From Zavarzinella sp. (lineage in GTDB: Bacteria; Planctomycetota; Planctomycetia; Gemmatales; Gemmataceae): DNA of 64,000 nucleotides. The translations under genes and the position numbers were made by a program. Shown one piece after another: positions 1 to 9,609 of the stretch; the stretch's first letter is position 1, and every line of letters begins with the position of its first letter. The notes under the pieces were generated by a model, which did not search any database, was not told the origin of the DNA, and saw only the letters and a program-made list of their open reading frames with translations. The stretch lies in contig JAWKTI010000007.1 in assembly GCA_041399155.1 (NCBI GenBank), forward strand, positions 142,287 through 206,286, in the 5' to 3' direction.

Positions 1-1905
1 GAGAAACTTTTCACAAAGCTTGGTCACTTCCCATTGAATGACCAGAGTGCCGAACAGTTGGCAGCATCCCCGATCTGCATGGCGCTGACGAATGCTTTGG
101 ATGACTGGGCCAGCGCCTGCCGCGATACCAGGGAAAAACAGCAACTTTATGCGCTGGCCAAAAAAGCCAGCCCCGACCCACAGTGGGGCGACAAGATCCG
201 CGACCTCGCCAGTAGCAATGACCTGCCAGCACTGAGACAATTGGTACAATCGCAGCCACTCAGTCGTCTTACCCAGCCGCAAATTGCCCAGTTGGCTTCC
301 ACCTTACCGATCAGCGATCCAATAGTAGGAGAGTTGTTGAAAGAAGGCATTACTTCGCACCCCCACGATTTCTGGTTCAATATGCTTGCTGCCAAACGCG
401 CCATCAGCATGTTAAACGGTGATTTCGGCCACGACCGCCGCCAGCAGAATCTGGCGATTGCCCACCTGCATACGGCTCAAGCAGTTCGGCCTGATAGTCT
501 GGGTGCGTTGTTCATGCTGGCATATATTTCCAGTCAGGAAAATTATCCCGAACAGTTGGATCTGCTTGCAAAACAGGCGGGCAAGTTTGATCGGGAACAC
601 TGGATCCCCCACTATATTCTGACAATGGCAGCAGTGCGTCGCATGAATCTTCGAGAAGCGATGCAGCACATCGATCGTGCAATTCAGTTAGAGCCAAATG
701 TCATCAATCTGGGCTATGCCAAAATTCAGATCCACTACATGCTGGGCGAAATCACCGAAGGGGTTAGCGTGTGTCAAGCACTGAAAAAGCAATTCTCGCA
801 TATTCCGGAAGTGAACTTTTATTTATGTGCTGGTTTACTTTATCAGAACAAATATTCCGAAACGCAAAAGCTTGCTCTGGAATATCTGACACTGAACCCG
901 AATCAGCCAGAAATGCGATTAATCCTGAGTGTTTGTCTGCTAGTACAGGGAAGGCTGATCGATGCCAAGCCACTGATCGATTCAATCACTTCCAGCGACA
1001 TGGAACTGGCGATGCAACTGGTACCAGTACGTGCCATGCTTCACTACCTGACTGGTGATCTGGATCGGGCCCAACATTTGCTGAAACAATCAGATTCACT
1101 AACGAAAGATTATCAGACAATGCTCATGTCCGCATTCGTAGCCACATCAAAAGGCAATTTTCAGGAGGCAAAAGAAGCCATTATCCGCGGCAGAACAATA
1201 GTGAATGATAATCGGGTGAATCTCTCTCAAATCGCAGGCAGTATGATTCAAATACAGTTAACCGCCTTCACCAATCACCTGAAAATGTATCAAGGCTTTT
1301 CAGATGCACTTGGTGATCGACTTCCGGGGGTGGTGGATTCCAGTACCGCCACACTGAGAAATCGGCTTGAAGCGATGAATGCTGCAGAATTTTTGTATGC
1401 CAGACAGTTTTATTCAACTGCAACGCAGTTCTACGAACTGGCAGTTTCCACCAGCGCGGGCAGAATAGGAAGTTATGTCCTCAACGTTCAGTGTGGGACG
1501 CGGGTAATGGCAGCCCGCTCTGCCACCCTGGCCTGGTCGGGTGCTGGGCGGGAAGCGTTTCGAACCAAAGATGCCGACCGCGAACGTTACCTGCGATTTG
1601 CGATCCAGTGCCTGCAGGATGAACTCAAGGAGATTCGCCAACAGACCAAACCAGCCACTGGTTTACTGGATCGGATGAATCAAGCCCTTTCTTCACGTGG
1701 TAAATCGGATTATTCAACGCGGTTGGGGATCATTCGCCTGCACCGCGATCTGGAACCACTGCGGGATGAACGCTACCTGCAACAAATGCCGGCAGAACAG
1801 GCAGACACCCTCCGCAAATATTGGAAGGATGTCGATGAGCTGTATGCTTCAATCCATCCCCCACTGAATATTCCGGGTATAAAGCCAGTGTGGATGTTTG
1901 AATAA
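1..1905 (+). CDS. TPR/helical-repeat protein, 5' end probably outside the window
   Basis: Frame 1 is open from nt 1 (EKLFTKLGHFP...) with no stop before the listed TTG at 34. The 623-aa translation is alpha-helical repeat-like (TPR-style A/L/Y periodicity), resembling C-terminal regions of planctomycete kinases and regulators. Confidence 0.55.
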   Translation, partial: EKLFTKLGHFPLNDQSAEQLAASPICMALTNALDDWASACRDTREKQQLYALAKKASPDPQWGDKIRDLASSNDLPALRQLVQSQPLSRLTQPQIAQLASTLPISDPIVGELLKEGITSHPHDFWFNMLAAKRAISMLNGDFGHDRRQQNLAIAHLHTAQAVRPDSLGALFMLAYISSQENYPEQLDLLAKQAGKFDREHWIPHYILTMAAVRRMNLREAMQHIDRAIQLEPNVINLGYAKIQIHYMLGEITEGVSVCQALKKQFSHIPEVNFYLCAGLLYQNKYSETQKLALEYLTLNPNQPEMRLILSVCLLVQGRLIDAKPLIDSITSSDMELAMQLVPVRAMLHYLTGDLDRAQHLLKQSDSLTKDYQTMLMSAFVATSKGNFQEAKEAIIRGRTIVNDNRVNLSQIAGSMIQIQLTAFTNHLKMYQGFSDALGDRLPGVVDSSTATLRNRLEAMNAAEFLYARQFYSTATQFYELAVSTSAGRIGSYVLNVQCGTRVMAARSATLAWSGAGREAFRTKDADRERYLRFAIQCLQDELKEIRQQTKPATGLLDRMNQALSSRGKSDYSTRLGIIRLHRDLEPLRDERYLQQMPAEQADTLRKYWKDVDELYASIHPPLNIPGIKPVWMFE

Positions 1906-2002
1906 TCCCCTACCTCACGGACCGTCTACGGCCTCCTGCTACGTCGAGCCGACTAGGATTAGTCTGGTCCATCACGGCCAGGGGTTCTGAAACACAATTC
2001 AG

Positions 2003-2800
2003 TCAACTGCTCAATGAATGTGTCGCGGAACACCAGTGGGTGACTAATTCCAGATATTCCTGCCATAATTCTGGAAAGCATTTCACGCTGGGGATATGGT
2101 TTACTTCCAGCAAAAATGGCCCACTTGGCGACAGCATATAATCGTTGGCGATGATATCTAACCCCAAACCACGCTGGATTGCCTGTGTGTCAGCAACCAA
2201 CTCGGAATCGGTGGGCATCAGCGCTGCACCTGCCCCGTGAACAGATTTCAGCCAACTGGTGCCTGCCAGGCGGATCTGTCGCGGTTCTTTCAAGTTGACA
2301 ATCCGAACTGCTTCGCCATTGATAAACGGTTCAAATAATGTTGCTTCTGCGGCAGTCCAGGTGCCATGAAACCGTTCTTTGTTTTCGCCACAATGCCAGT
2401 TGCCCCACTTAGCAACACTTTCCGATGTCGCCTGATACTGGGCTTTGTTTGTGGCAAATCCTCGACGTTCATTGGCAAAACGGGTGTGCTGAAGTGCTTT
2501 CACCAAACATGGCAAGCGGAGTCTGCAGTCCATCATCGCTGTGGGATTCGGAAAACAAGGTCCACCCCACAATGCAAGTCCTGCCAGGAAATCCAGGTCA
2601 TGCTCGAATATGCCATGAAAAATGACGTACGAAACGGGCAGATATCGTTCACTATATGGAGGTGATTCAACTTAAAGTTGCTCTCCCTGCACAACGATTT
2701 TGGGAAGCATTTCACTGGCAATGCACTCTGTGCAAAGGTGGGAAGCAAGTTCTGCCGAATCAGCTTCATCGAATCCAATCAGTAAAGTCCGGGCTTCCAT
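2003..2800 (-). pseudogene. ATP-grasp (RimK-like) family gene interrupted by an in-frame TAA at codon 43
   Basis: The minus frame reads MEARTLLIGFDEADSAELASHLCTECIASEMLPKIVVQGEQL, then TAA (2672-2674), then VESPPYSERYLPVSYVIFHG...RLPCLVKALQH...EPFINGEAVRIVNL...GLGLDIIANDYMLSPSGPFLLEVNHIPSV in the same frame. The C-terminal half resembles ATP-grasp ligases. Confidence 0.4.
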
Positions 2801-3138
2801 TGAAGAGCTCCATCAAATGTTGTCGCACAGTAAGTGCCAGTTCTCTCAATTTAGGGGGACGTAAAGCGGAACCCCGGGCTAACGAATTCCAGGAAAATCC
2901 AACCCTGATGGGGTTTTGGTCCCATTGAGTAAATGTGCCCCCACAGGGCAAAAAAAATGAGCTGGAGTGTTTACCAAAGGTTCACTTCGTTCACCCTGGA
3001 CTGGTCGATTTGACACCCACAGTGTTGAAAACAATTCACTGCAAGTGCAAGAGTTGCACGATGAAAATATGAAAAATGCACCCGACAATGAAACTGTGAC
3101 AGGGAATTCCAAAATACTACGGCGTTTGCACGCACGTA

Positions 3139-3372
3139 TTATTTCGTGGTGCCGATCTGCTCTACCAGTTGTTCTTCGTTGGGGAACTTACCCGTGGCAA
3201 TTTTGGAATAGATTAAATTGCCATTGATCGTTAATTCAAAACAACCCCCGCTGGCGGGGATCAGTTTCAGCGATCGGATTCGTTGTTTGTACTTTGCAAG
3301 CACCTTTGCTGCCAAACTGACAGCTTGTGGCTCGTAGTTTCACATCGAACAGTATTTTAATTCCAGCTCCAT
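3139..3372 (-). CDS. SelW/SelT/SelH (Rdx) family selenoprotein candidate, with TGA at 3340-3342 read as selenocysteine
   Basis: ATG at 3370-3372 has GGAGG 8 nt upstream. Translation is MELELKYCSM-U-NYEPQAVSLAAKVLAKYKQRIRSLKLIPASGGCFELTINGNLIYSKIATGKFPNEEQLVEQIGTTK, with TAA at 3139-3141 (78 codons in frame). It carries a CxxU motif, the Rdx-type pattern L.P..GG.FE....G.LI.SK...G.FP, and a hairpin 15 nt after the UGA. Confidence 0.72.
3308..3324 (-). promoter_or_regulatory. Putative bacterial SECIS hairpin
   Basis: The minus-strand RNA GCUGUCA-GUU-UGGCAGC forms a 7-bp stem including one G-U pair, with a G/U apical loop. It starts 15 nt downstream of the in-frame UGA. Confidence 0.5.
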
Positions 3373-3493
3373 CTCTTCAACCTCCACTATATACGGAAGA
3401 CCACAGTTAATTAACTGTAGTACACCGTTTTGATAGTTGGAGTGAAAAAGAGATTCCAGCAAAATCTGGAGATTTTGGGCAAGCTGGGGGATT

Positions 3494-3751
3494 TTAGTGT
3501 CGCAACGTATCTGATGTGGGGTTCGGTTCGGTGCTTTCACCCAGCAGCACTTCTTCGTCTGCAGAAGCATGCACAGGAACAACGACATCAAACTGAACTC
3601 GGCGTTCGTGCACTTCTGCACGATCCACCGCTACATTCTTGGGTGCTGCCACCCCGATACGAACACGATCCCCTTTTACAGACACAATGGTGATGCGGAT
3701 GTTGTTGTCGATGACAATTTCTTCACCAACTCTGCGAGATAATACCAACAT
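3494..3751 (-). CDS. csrA: Carbon storage regulator CsrA
   Basis: MLVLSRRVGEEIVIDNNIRITIVSVKGDRVRIGVAAPKNVAVDRAEV is the canonical CsrA fold sequence. AAGGAGGG lies 6 nt upstream of the ATG at 3749-3751. The longer listed ORF start (3796) lacks an RBS. Confidence 0.92.
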   Translation of the reverse strand: MLVLSRRVGEEIVIDNNIRITIVSVKGDRVRIGVAAPKNVAVDRAEVHERRVQFDVVVPVHASADEEVLLGESTEPNPTSDTLRH

Positions 3752-3849
3752 GACCAACCCTCCTTGGAAGTAACACTCATGAAGTAAACGCACCAAACTA
3801 ATAGAACATAATTTTTAAGTAGCAAGCGCTGTGCCAAAAAATTATTTAT

Positions 3850-4010
3850 TGGCAGAATTCACAAAAAATCTCCCCCTGCCTTCCGTCCTAACCCATATTA
3901 CCAGAAGAATCTGAACGTGTCTACATGAGGTTGGTAGAAAAAAATTGCAGAATCGAACAGTCGTTCGTGCAAATGTACAATAATTGTACAGTTCACAATG
4001 GGACAAGTTC
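3850..4010 (-). repeat. Diverged third copy of the intergenic module also found at 33880-34062 and 46861-47045
   Basis: It shares GAATTCACAAAAAA and AGAAAAAAATTG boxes at about the same spacing (79 vs 84 nt) as the copy at 46861-47045. An AT-rich palindrome (TGTACAATAATTGTACA) replaces the GTGGA...TCCAC palindrome. The end carrying the shared box faces csrA. Confidence 0.3.
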
Positions 4011-4189
4011 ATAATCTGGACAGTCTGGAAATCAAAAAAAGGAATAAATCCAGCCATTTTTTTCAAAACGGTAATATGAAATTGTAACTTTGTTGGTAGG
4101 TGGTGCGAGAATCTCCTAATCGCCCGCAATCTTCCTACCCTGTATACGGTGGGGCATTTTTTGCCCACATCGTTATTAATGAACTGTCT

Positions 4190-4681
4190 ATGGCCGCAGC
4201 AACGCAGCAAAAATACCCCGATCCTTCGCTCAAGGACCTTTATTGGGGTGGTTACAGTGGGTGGGCATTGTGGCCACTCGCACTGCTCTGTGCGGTGCTG
4301 GCACCGGTCATTTTCTATCTGGTCCCATGGCTTTTCGAACGGTGGGGCTTCAACCACGCCAATGTCGCCTGGATTTGCATCAATGTCGATATTGTGCTGC
4401 TCAGCGGGTGTGCTGCCCTCTGGCTTTACCGCAGCATTTACTATGTCTACCGCCTGACCCCTGAGTATTTGTTCATAGATCGAGGCTATTTTCATCGTCC
4501 GGTGCCAAAATTGCCACTCAAAACGATCAGCGAAATTTGCATTACCAGCCCACGCTGGTACCAAATTGCGGGCACGGGCACGATCCGAATTACCTGCACC
4601 GGTGGGCGAATCGAGTATCTCACAGGTGTTTTCAATCCCCACGCGTGCGTGCAGCGACTCAATTCGTTGATCTGTAATTAG
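4190..4681 (+). CDS. Membrane protein with two N-terminal TM helices and a bacterial PH (YdbS/YdbT-like) domain
   Basis: MAAATQQKYPD..., then hydrophobic helices WALWPLALLCAVLAPVIFYLVPWLF and VAWICINVDIVLLSGCAALWLY, then a YRLTPEYLFIDRGYFHRPVPKLPLKTISEI bPH-like segment. The opposite-strand 300-aa ORF looks non-coding. Confidence 0.55.
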   Translation: MAAATQQKYPDPSLKDLYWGGYSGWALWPLALLCAVLAPVIFYLVPWLFERWGFNHANVAWICINVDIVLLSGCAALWLYRSIYYVYRLTPEYLFIDRGYFHRPVPKLPLKTISEICITSPRWYQIAGTGTIRITCTGGRIEYLTGVFNPHACVQRLNSLICN

Positions 4682-4864
4682 TTGATATGCAAGATATCTG
4701 TTGGCGATATTGTGGCGATTTCCTGACGTATAATTAATTGACATGTAGCCTATTCAGCATCGGGCTTCGGTGTCGACTGCATCCCTTTCCCACGTGGGGC
4801 GATATCGCATAAACGCATTTCCCCTGTATAATGCCTTACCAACAGAGCAGAGGAGCAGGCGGGG

Positions 4865-6349
4865 ATGCTGGAACGTATTGCCTATCAGGGAATCACATTT
4901 GACGATGTCTTGTTAGAACCGGGTTATTCGGAGGTTGTCCCACGGGATGCCGATGTGCGAACTCAACTGACCCGAAACATCAAACTGAACATCCCCATTA
5001 TCTCTTCACCCATGGATACTGTGACCGAAAGCGAACTGGCCATCGCACTGGCACAGGAAGGTGGGCTGGGGATTATTCACAAAAATTTGTCGATTTCTGC
5101 CCAGACTCGGGAAGTAGATAAGGTAAAGCGTTCTGAAAACGGGGTGATCAGCGATCCCGTGACCCTCCCACCGGACGAATCGGTGGCAAATGCCAAGCGG
5201 ATTATGGAGCAGCACCACATCAGTGGGGTGCCGATTACGGTGGATGGCTTTTTGAAAGGCATTCTGACCCGCCGCGATCTGCGATTTTTAAGCGATTCGG
5301 ACCAGACAATTGCCGATGTGATGACCAAAGACGGGCTGGTTACTGCAAAAGAGAACACCACCCTGGAAGAGGCCGAGCGGATCCTGACCGAAAATAAAGT
5401 GGAGAAACTTCTCCTGGTAGACGATCTATATCGACTGAAGGGATTAATTACGATCAAAGACATCGATAAGATCCTGAATTTTCCCAACGGCTGTAAAGAT
5501 AGTCGTGGTCGGCTCCGAGTGGGTGCCGCGATTGGTGTACACGATTTCGAGCGGGCAGCATCGCTGATTGAAGCGGGTGTGGATCTGCTGGTGGTCGATT
5601 CTGCCCACGGTCACTCGAAAAATGTGATCGAAACAGTGCGGGAACTGAAAAGACAGTTCGCGATTGAAATTATTGCTGGCAACATTGCCACCCAGGAAGG
5701 AGCCCGTGCCCTGGTTGAGGCTGGTGCCGATGCAGTGAAGGTGGGGATCGGGCCTGGTTCGATCTGTACCACACGGATTGTGTCTGGCGTGGGTGTCCCC
5801 CAGCTTTCGGCGATTTCGGAAGCAGCAAAAGGGGTGGGCGATCCTGCCATCCCACTGATTGCGGATGGTGGCATCCGCTATTCGGGCGACATTACCAAAG
5901 CATTGGCTGTTGGTGCCCATTGTGTGATGATTGGCGGACTGTTTGCGGGGCTGGCAGAAAGCCCAGGGCAAACCATCATCTACAAAGGAAGAACATTTAA
6001 AGCCTACCGCGGCATGGGCTCGCTGGGTGCAATGATGGCCGGCTCCGGCGATCGTTACCAGCAGGGCAAAGATGCGGTGAATAATGGCAAACTGGTACCC
6101 GAAGGGGTGGAAGGTCGGGTGCCCTACAAAGGCCCACTGGCACCATTCCTGTTTCAGTTGATCGGTGGATTGCGTGCTGGCATGGGGTATTGCGGCACAC
6201 AGAATTTAATGGAATTACGCACAAAAGCCCGATTTATTCAGGTAAGTGCGGCTTCGGTGCAGGAGAGTCACCCTCATGATATTCTCATTACTCAAGAAGC
6301 TCCCAACTACAGTACGCGGGAGGAAGGCACCAAATCGGATAACTTATAG
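4865..6349 (+). CDS. guaB: IMP dehydrogenase
   Basis: Full-length match to the GuaB architecture: [15 protein letters not shown], a CBS pair, the catalytic loop [11 protein letters not shown], and [26 protein letters not shown] is upstream. Confidence 0.97.
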   Translation: MLERIAYQGITFDDVLLEPGYSEVVPRDADVRTQLTRNIKLNIPIISSPMDTVTESELAIALAQEGGLGIIHKNLSISAQTREVDKVKRSENGVISDPVTLPPDESVANAKRIMEQHHISGVPITVDGFLKGILTRRDLRFLSDSDQTIADVMTKDGLVTAKENTTLEEAERILTENKVEKLLLVDDLYRLKGLITIKDIDKILNFPNGCKDSRGRLRVGAAIGVHDFERAASLIEAGVDLLVVDSAHGHSKNVIETVRELKRQFAIEIIAGNIATQEGARALVEAGADAVKVGIGPGSICTTRIVSGVGVPQLSAISEAAKGVGDPAIPLIADGGIRYSGDITKALAVGAHCVMIGGLFAGLAESPGQTIIYKGRTFKAYRGMGSLGAMMAGSGDRYQQGKDAVNNGKLVPEGVEGRVPYKGPLAPFLFQLIGGLRAGMGYCGTQNLMELRTKARFIQVSAASVQESHPHDILITQEAPNYSTREEGTKSDNL

Positions 6350-7121
6350 CTTGGTGGTGCTGGCTGGAGGGCTTTGCAGCCCGCTGGCCACAGCACAAAC
6401 CATGCCTGGGGTCATTCGTTCCAATTATGTCCCGTTGGGCAGTGCACCAGTGGCACCCACCATCACGGCACCGGCGGATTTACCGATCCCATCAACCTCT
6501 GCTCTGCAGTCACCCAAAGATGTGGAACCACCCGCACCACCGAAAAATGTAGAGCCACCGGTTCCGCCGCAACCGCAGCCCAAAGATCTGTTGGATCCGG
6601 TTGATCCTGCAACACAATTGCCTCCCGGTTTGAAACTGGACGTGGCGGTGCTGGACCTGCCTTCAAGCGATCGGATTTTCCGCGATCTCGAAAATGAAGA
6701 TGAATTGCGGGTTCGTCTGAAACAAGTGGCAGATTCGAAACGGCTGGGTATTCGCCTCGATAAACTGGACCCACCCAGTACCGAACCGTTTAAGACCCGA
6801 GCCTTTCCACCGAATATGATGGTGGTGGAGCCTGCATATGTGGTGTACCGTCCGCTGTTCTTTGAAGAAGTCAATTCAGAACGCTACGGCTGGGAACTGG
6901 GCGGTCTGCAGCCGATCGTTTCGACGTTGCATTTCTACAAGGAAGTGTTGTTCCTGCCCCACAATGCCGCACGGGAAGCGTGCCGCTGCTTTGACACCAA
7001 CGCAGGATGGTATCTCCCTGGGGATCCAGTGCCTTACACGATCTACCCACCTGATTTCAGTTGGTATGGTGGGCTGGCACAGGCAGGTGTCGTCGCTGGA
7101 CTGTTCCTCGCTATTCCATAA
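6276..7121 (+). CDS. Proline-rich secreted or membrane-anchored hypothetical protein (start uncertain)
   Basis: Signal-like [17 protein letters not shown], a PxP-rich spacer, a conserved-looking C-terminal half and a terminal hydrophobic stretch ([17 protein letters not shown]). The ATG at 6276 overlaps the guaB 3' end; TTG/GTG codons at 6351-6359 are alternative starts. Confidence 0.45.
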   Translation: MIFSLLKKLPTTVRGRKAPNRITYSLVVLAGGLCSPLATAQTMPGVIRSNYVPLGSAPVAPTITAPADLPIPSTSALQSPKDVEPPAPPKNVEPPVPPQPQPKDLLDPVDPATQLPPGLKLDVAVLDLPSSDRIFRDLENEDELRVRLKQVADSKRLGIRLDKLDPPSTEPFKTRAFPPNMMVVEPAYVVYRPLFFEEVNSERYGWELGGLQPIVSTLHFYKEVLFLPHNAAREACRCFDTNAGWYLPGDPVPYTIYPPDFSWYGGLAQAGVVAGLFLAIP

Positions 7122-7162
7122 CTCAATCCTAATATAAGCAACCACTTCTACTGAGTTGATCC

Positions 7163-9544
7163 ATGCTGAAGTTTGTCAAGAAAGTGATCAAAAAGCTGAT
7201 TCGTTATCAACCAGTATCCCAACAATCTGACCCAACGCCACCGCCAATCGTGCCACAATTGAAGCTGGCACAATTGCGAGACTTTCGACTCCATGGCAGC
7301 AGTCGCTGGGACGATACTGGTGCGGTGCTGATCACCTCTCCAAACATCTGGGATTACGGTCTTGAAGCCGATTTTGACCTGACAACCACTTCCACTACTG
7401 TGATGTTGTCTGTGGAAGGGGAAATCCTGCATGGGGAAATCGCGTTTTGTCTGATCCGGGCAGACAATGAAATCGATTCGATGGCGATGATCCCCCACGG
7501 TGTTCGCAATCCTCGCGTCCTGTTTCACAAACCAGCCGATGCAAAATCGATTTTGGTTCGCAACGTGTCTTCCAGTGGGGAATCTCACATCCGCCTGACA
7601 CAGATGAAACTGGAGCCATTTTCGCTGGATTTGAACACAGGCAACGCGTTTGATCTTCAGCAAACACAGCTCAGTCGAGATGAAGCCCGTTTCTGGAATC
7701 GTTTTTATGGCACAGAATCACCCCCACGGTTAGAGCAATATCGTCGCCACCGAATCTTCGATCATCTGCAGCAGGCAACGTGGGTCACCTGGCGTGAGGG
7801 AGTGCAGATTAAAATTGCCCCCGGCAACGAGACAAGCAGGGCGTTATTTGTCTCCGGCAACTACGAACCAGTCGAACTGGCGGTGCTTGAATCGCTGGTC
7901 AGTACAGGGATGATGGTCGTCGACATTGGTGCGAATCAGGGGATTTACACTACCCGTGCTGCCAGTCTGGTGGGAGCCACTGGCAAGGTGGTGGCTATTG
8001 AGCCTTCAGAACGGGAATTTCAGCGGTTGACCGAAAACATTCAAAAAAATCAATTTTCACAAGTCTCTCCGTTCGCAGTGGCACTCAGCAATCAGGAAGG
8101 TGAGGCGACTCTGCTGATCAGCCAGGAAAATCACTCTGGCCACAATACCCTGGCGGGCTCCTTTTCATATGTCACCACCCACTCCGACGGTCTGCAGGTG
8201 GTGCCACTGAAGCGACTGGATGACCTGCTTCCCACGGCCGGGGTAGGGAAAGTCGATTTCATTAAAATCGATGTCGAGGGTGCAGAACTGAGTGCTTTCC
8301 AGGGTGGTCGAGCCGTCCTGGAAAGGGATCACCCAGTCATTCTGTTTGAAGCAACCGCCCAGCACCTTGGGAAAATGGGTGTCACCACCGATCAGTTATT
8401 TGGCTTTCTGGCCGAACTGGGTTACCGTTTCCTGCGGTTTGACCCCACCACCTTTACCTGGGTGCCCGTGCCTGGCTATCAAAGCGGGTCTGAAGCCTAC
8501 GTGGCAGTACCGGCGAAGAACTCCGAGCAGGTTGCTTCACAGATAAACAATTATCTGCAAAAGACTTACGTCGATTCAGCCACAGACAATCTGGTCATTG
8601 CCAAATCGATGAATTCCTCCGATGGTCTGGATATTGGTGTCTTTTTCTCTTCTGATGCGATTGCAATTAACGAGGCCCGTCTGGAGCATCTGGCCAGCCT
8701 GAAGCTCGATCTGCGGGGCAAAACAGTGCTGGAAGTTGGTGGTGGACCAGGTCACCACACCTGTCTGCTGGAAGATCTGGGCGGAAATGTCCTGCTGACG
8801 GACGCACGTGCGGACAATCTGGAAGACGCAGTGGCACGCCACCCCCACCGGAAAACGGCAATCCTGGATTTGAACGACTGCCCGAATATTGAACAGTTGG
8901 GCAAGTTTGATGCCATTTACTGCTACGGCACCCTCTACCACCTGGAAAAGCCCCAGTACGCCATTGAACAATTGGCGAAAGTGGGCGACATGATCATGAT
9001 GGAAACGTGCCTCTGCACCGCCCACGATAATGTGGTAGAGATTGTGGGTGAAAACAAAGATAATCCCAACCAGGCTTCCAGTGGGCTGGGTTGTCGGCCC
9101 GCCCGTGCCTGGGTGATGGATCAACTTCGGAAGAACTTTGGTTACAGCTACATCGCCATCGATCAGCCGAACCACATCGACTTTAATCTGGAATGGGAAA
9201 CCCCACCGGAAGCGAAAAATTATCGGGCAATTTTCGTGGGATCCCGCACCCCGATTCAATTGCCGAAACTGGTGACCGACCTGCCCATGCACCAGCAGTT
9301 TTACAGATATCTTAATGTTAAGTATCTTGAGGTTGAGACAACTGCTCAGGCCGAGGCAGCACTGCCGGCTTGGTTTGCGGAAAAAGCAAAGATCAAGCTG
9401 GTGTTTCCCAATAATGCGGACGCACCTGCCAAGCGCAGTCGAATCCTGGAACTGGCGAAAGATTCGGGATATGTCCGCATTGCCGATTACCACTGGAAAG
9501 GCCGCTATTTCCTGACCCTGGTCCCCACGGTCAGCAACGAATAA
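7163..9544 (+). CDS. Fusion protein: FkbM-family methyltransferase plus a second class I SAM-dependent methyltransferase domain
   Basis: FkbM motifs VVDIGANQGIYT, FAVALSNQEGEATL and VDFIKIDVEGAELSAF. A second Rossmann SAM motif, VLEVGGGPGHHTCLLEDLGGNVLLTDA, lies about 250 aa downstream. Confidence 0.8.
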   Translation: MLKFVKKVIKKLIRYQPVSQQSDPTPPPIVPQLKLAQLRDFRLHGSSRWDDTGAVLITSPNIWDYGLEADFDLTTTSTTVMLSVEGEILHGEIAFCLIRADNEIDSMAMIPHGVRNPRVLFHKPADAKSILVRNVSSSGESHIRLTQMKLEPFSLDLNTGNAFDLQQTQLSRDEARFWNRFYGTESPPRLEQYRRHRIFDHLQQATWVTWREGVQIKIAPGNETSRALFVSGNYEPVELAVLESLVSTGMMVVDIGANQGIYTTRAASLVGATGKVVAIEPSEREFQRLTENIQKNQFSQVSPFAVALSNQEGEATLLISQENHSGHNTLAGSFSYVTTHSDGLQVVPLKRLDDLLPTAGVGKVDFIKIDVEGAELSAFQGGRAVLERDHPVILFEATAQHLGKMGVTTDQLFGFLAELGYRFLRFDPTTFTWVPVPGYQSGSEAYVAVPAKNSEQVASQINNYLQKTYVDSATDNLVIAKSMNSSDGLDIGVFFSSDAIAINEARLEHLASLKLDLRGKTVLEVGGGPGHHTCLLEDLGGNVLLTDARADNLEDAVARHPHRKTAILDLNDCPNIEQLGKFDAIYCYGTLYHLEKPQYAIEQLAKVGDMIMMETCLCTAHDNVVEIVGENKDNPNQASSGLGCRPARAWVMDQLRKNFGYSYIAIDQPNHIDFNLEWETPPEAKNYRAIFVGSRTPIQLPKLVTDLPMHQQFYRYLNVKYLEVETTAQAEAALPAWFAEKAKIKLVFPNNADAPAKRSRILELAKDSGYVRIADYHWKGRYFLTLVPTVSNE

Positions 9545-9609
9545 ATCGCCAAATTTCGGGCAAACCAGATTGAACTACCTTGATATTCGAAAAAAGGTGA
9601 GTTTTTGCC

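Noticed and set aside
3340-3621. 93-aa minus-strand ORF ending at TGA 3340
   Set aside because: Only its last 10 codons (after an internal ATG with an RBS) are coding, and they form the N-terminus of the selenoprotein. The upstream 83 codons overlap the csrA 3' end region and look random.
3842-4744. 300-aa minus-strand ORF
   Set aside because: The composition is Cys/Arg/His-rich and non-protein-like. It overlaps a plus-strand ORF with clear TM helices and a bPH-like domain, and its 5' part runs through non-coding repeat DNA. Treated as a shadow ORF.
4827-4832. TATAAT box 33 nt upstream of guaB
   Set aside because: No acceptable -35 or extended -10 element lies at the proper spacing. An isolated hexamer match is insufficient.
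8576-9493. 305-aa ORF antisense to the methyltransferase fusion gene
   Set aside because: It lies entirely inside a well-supported plus-strand CDS and has no motifs. A typical antisense open frame.
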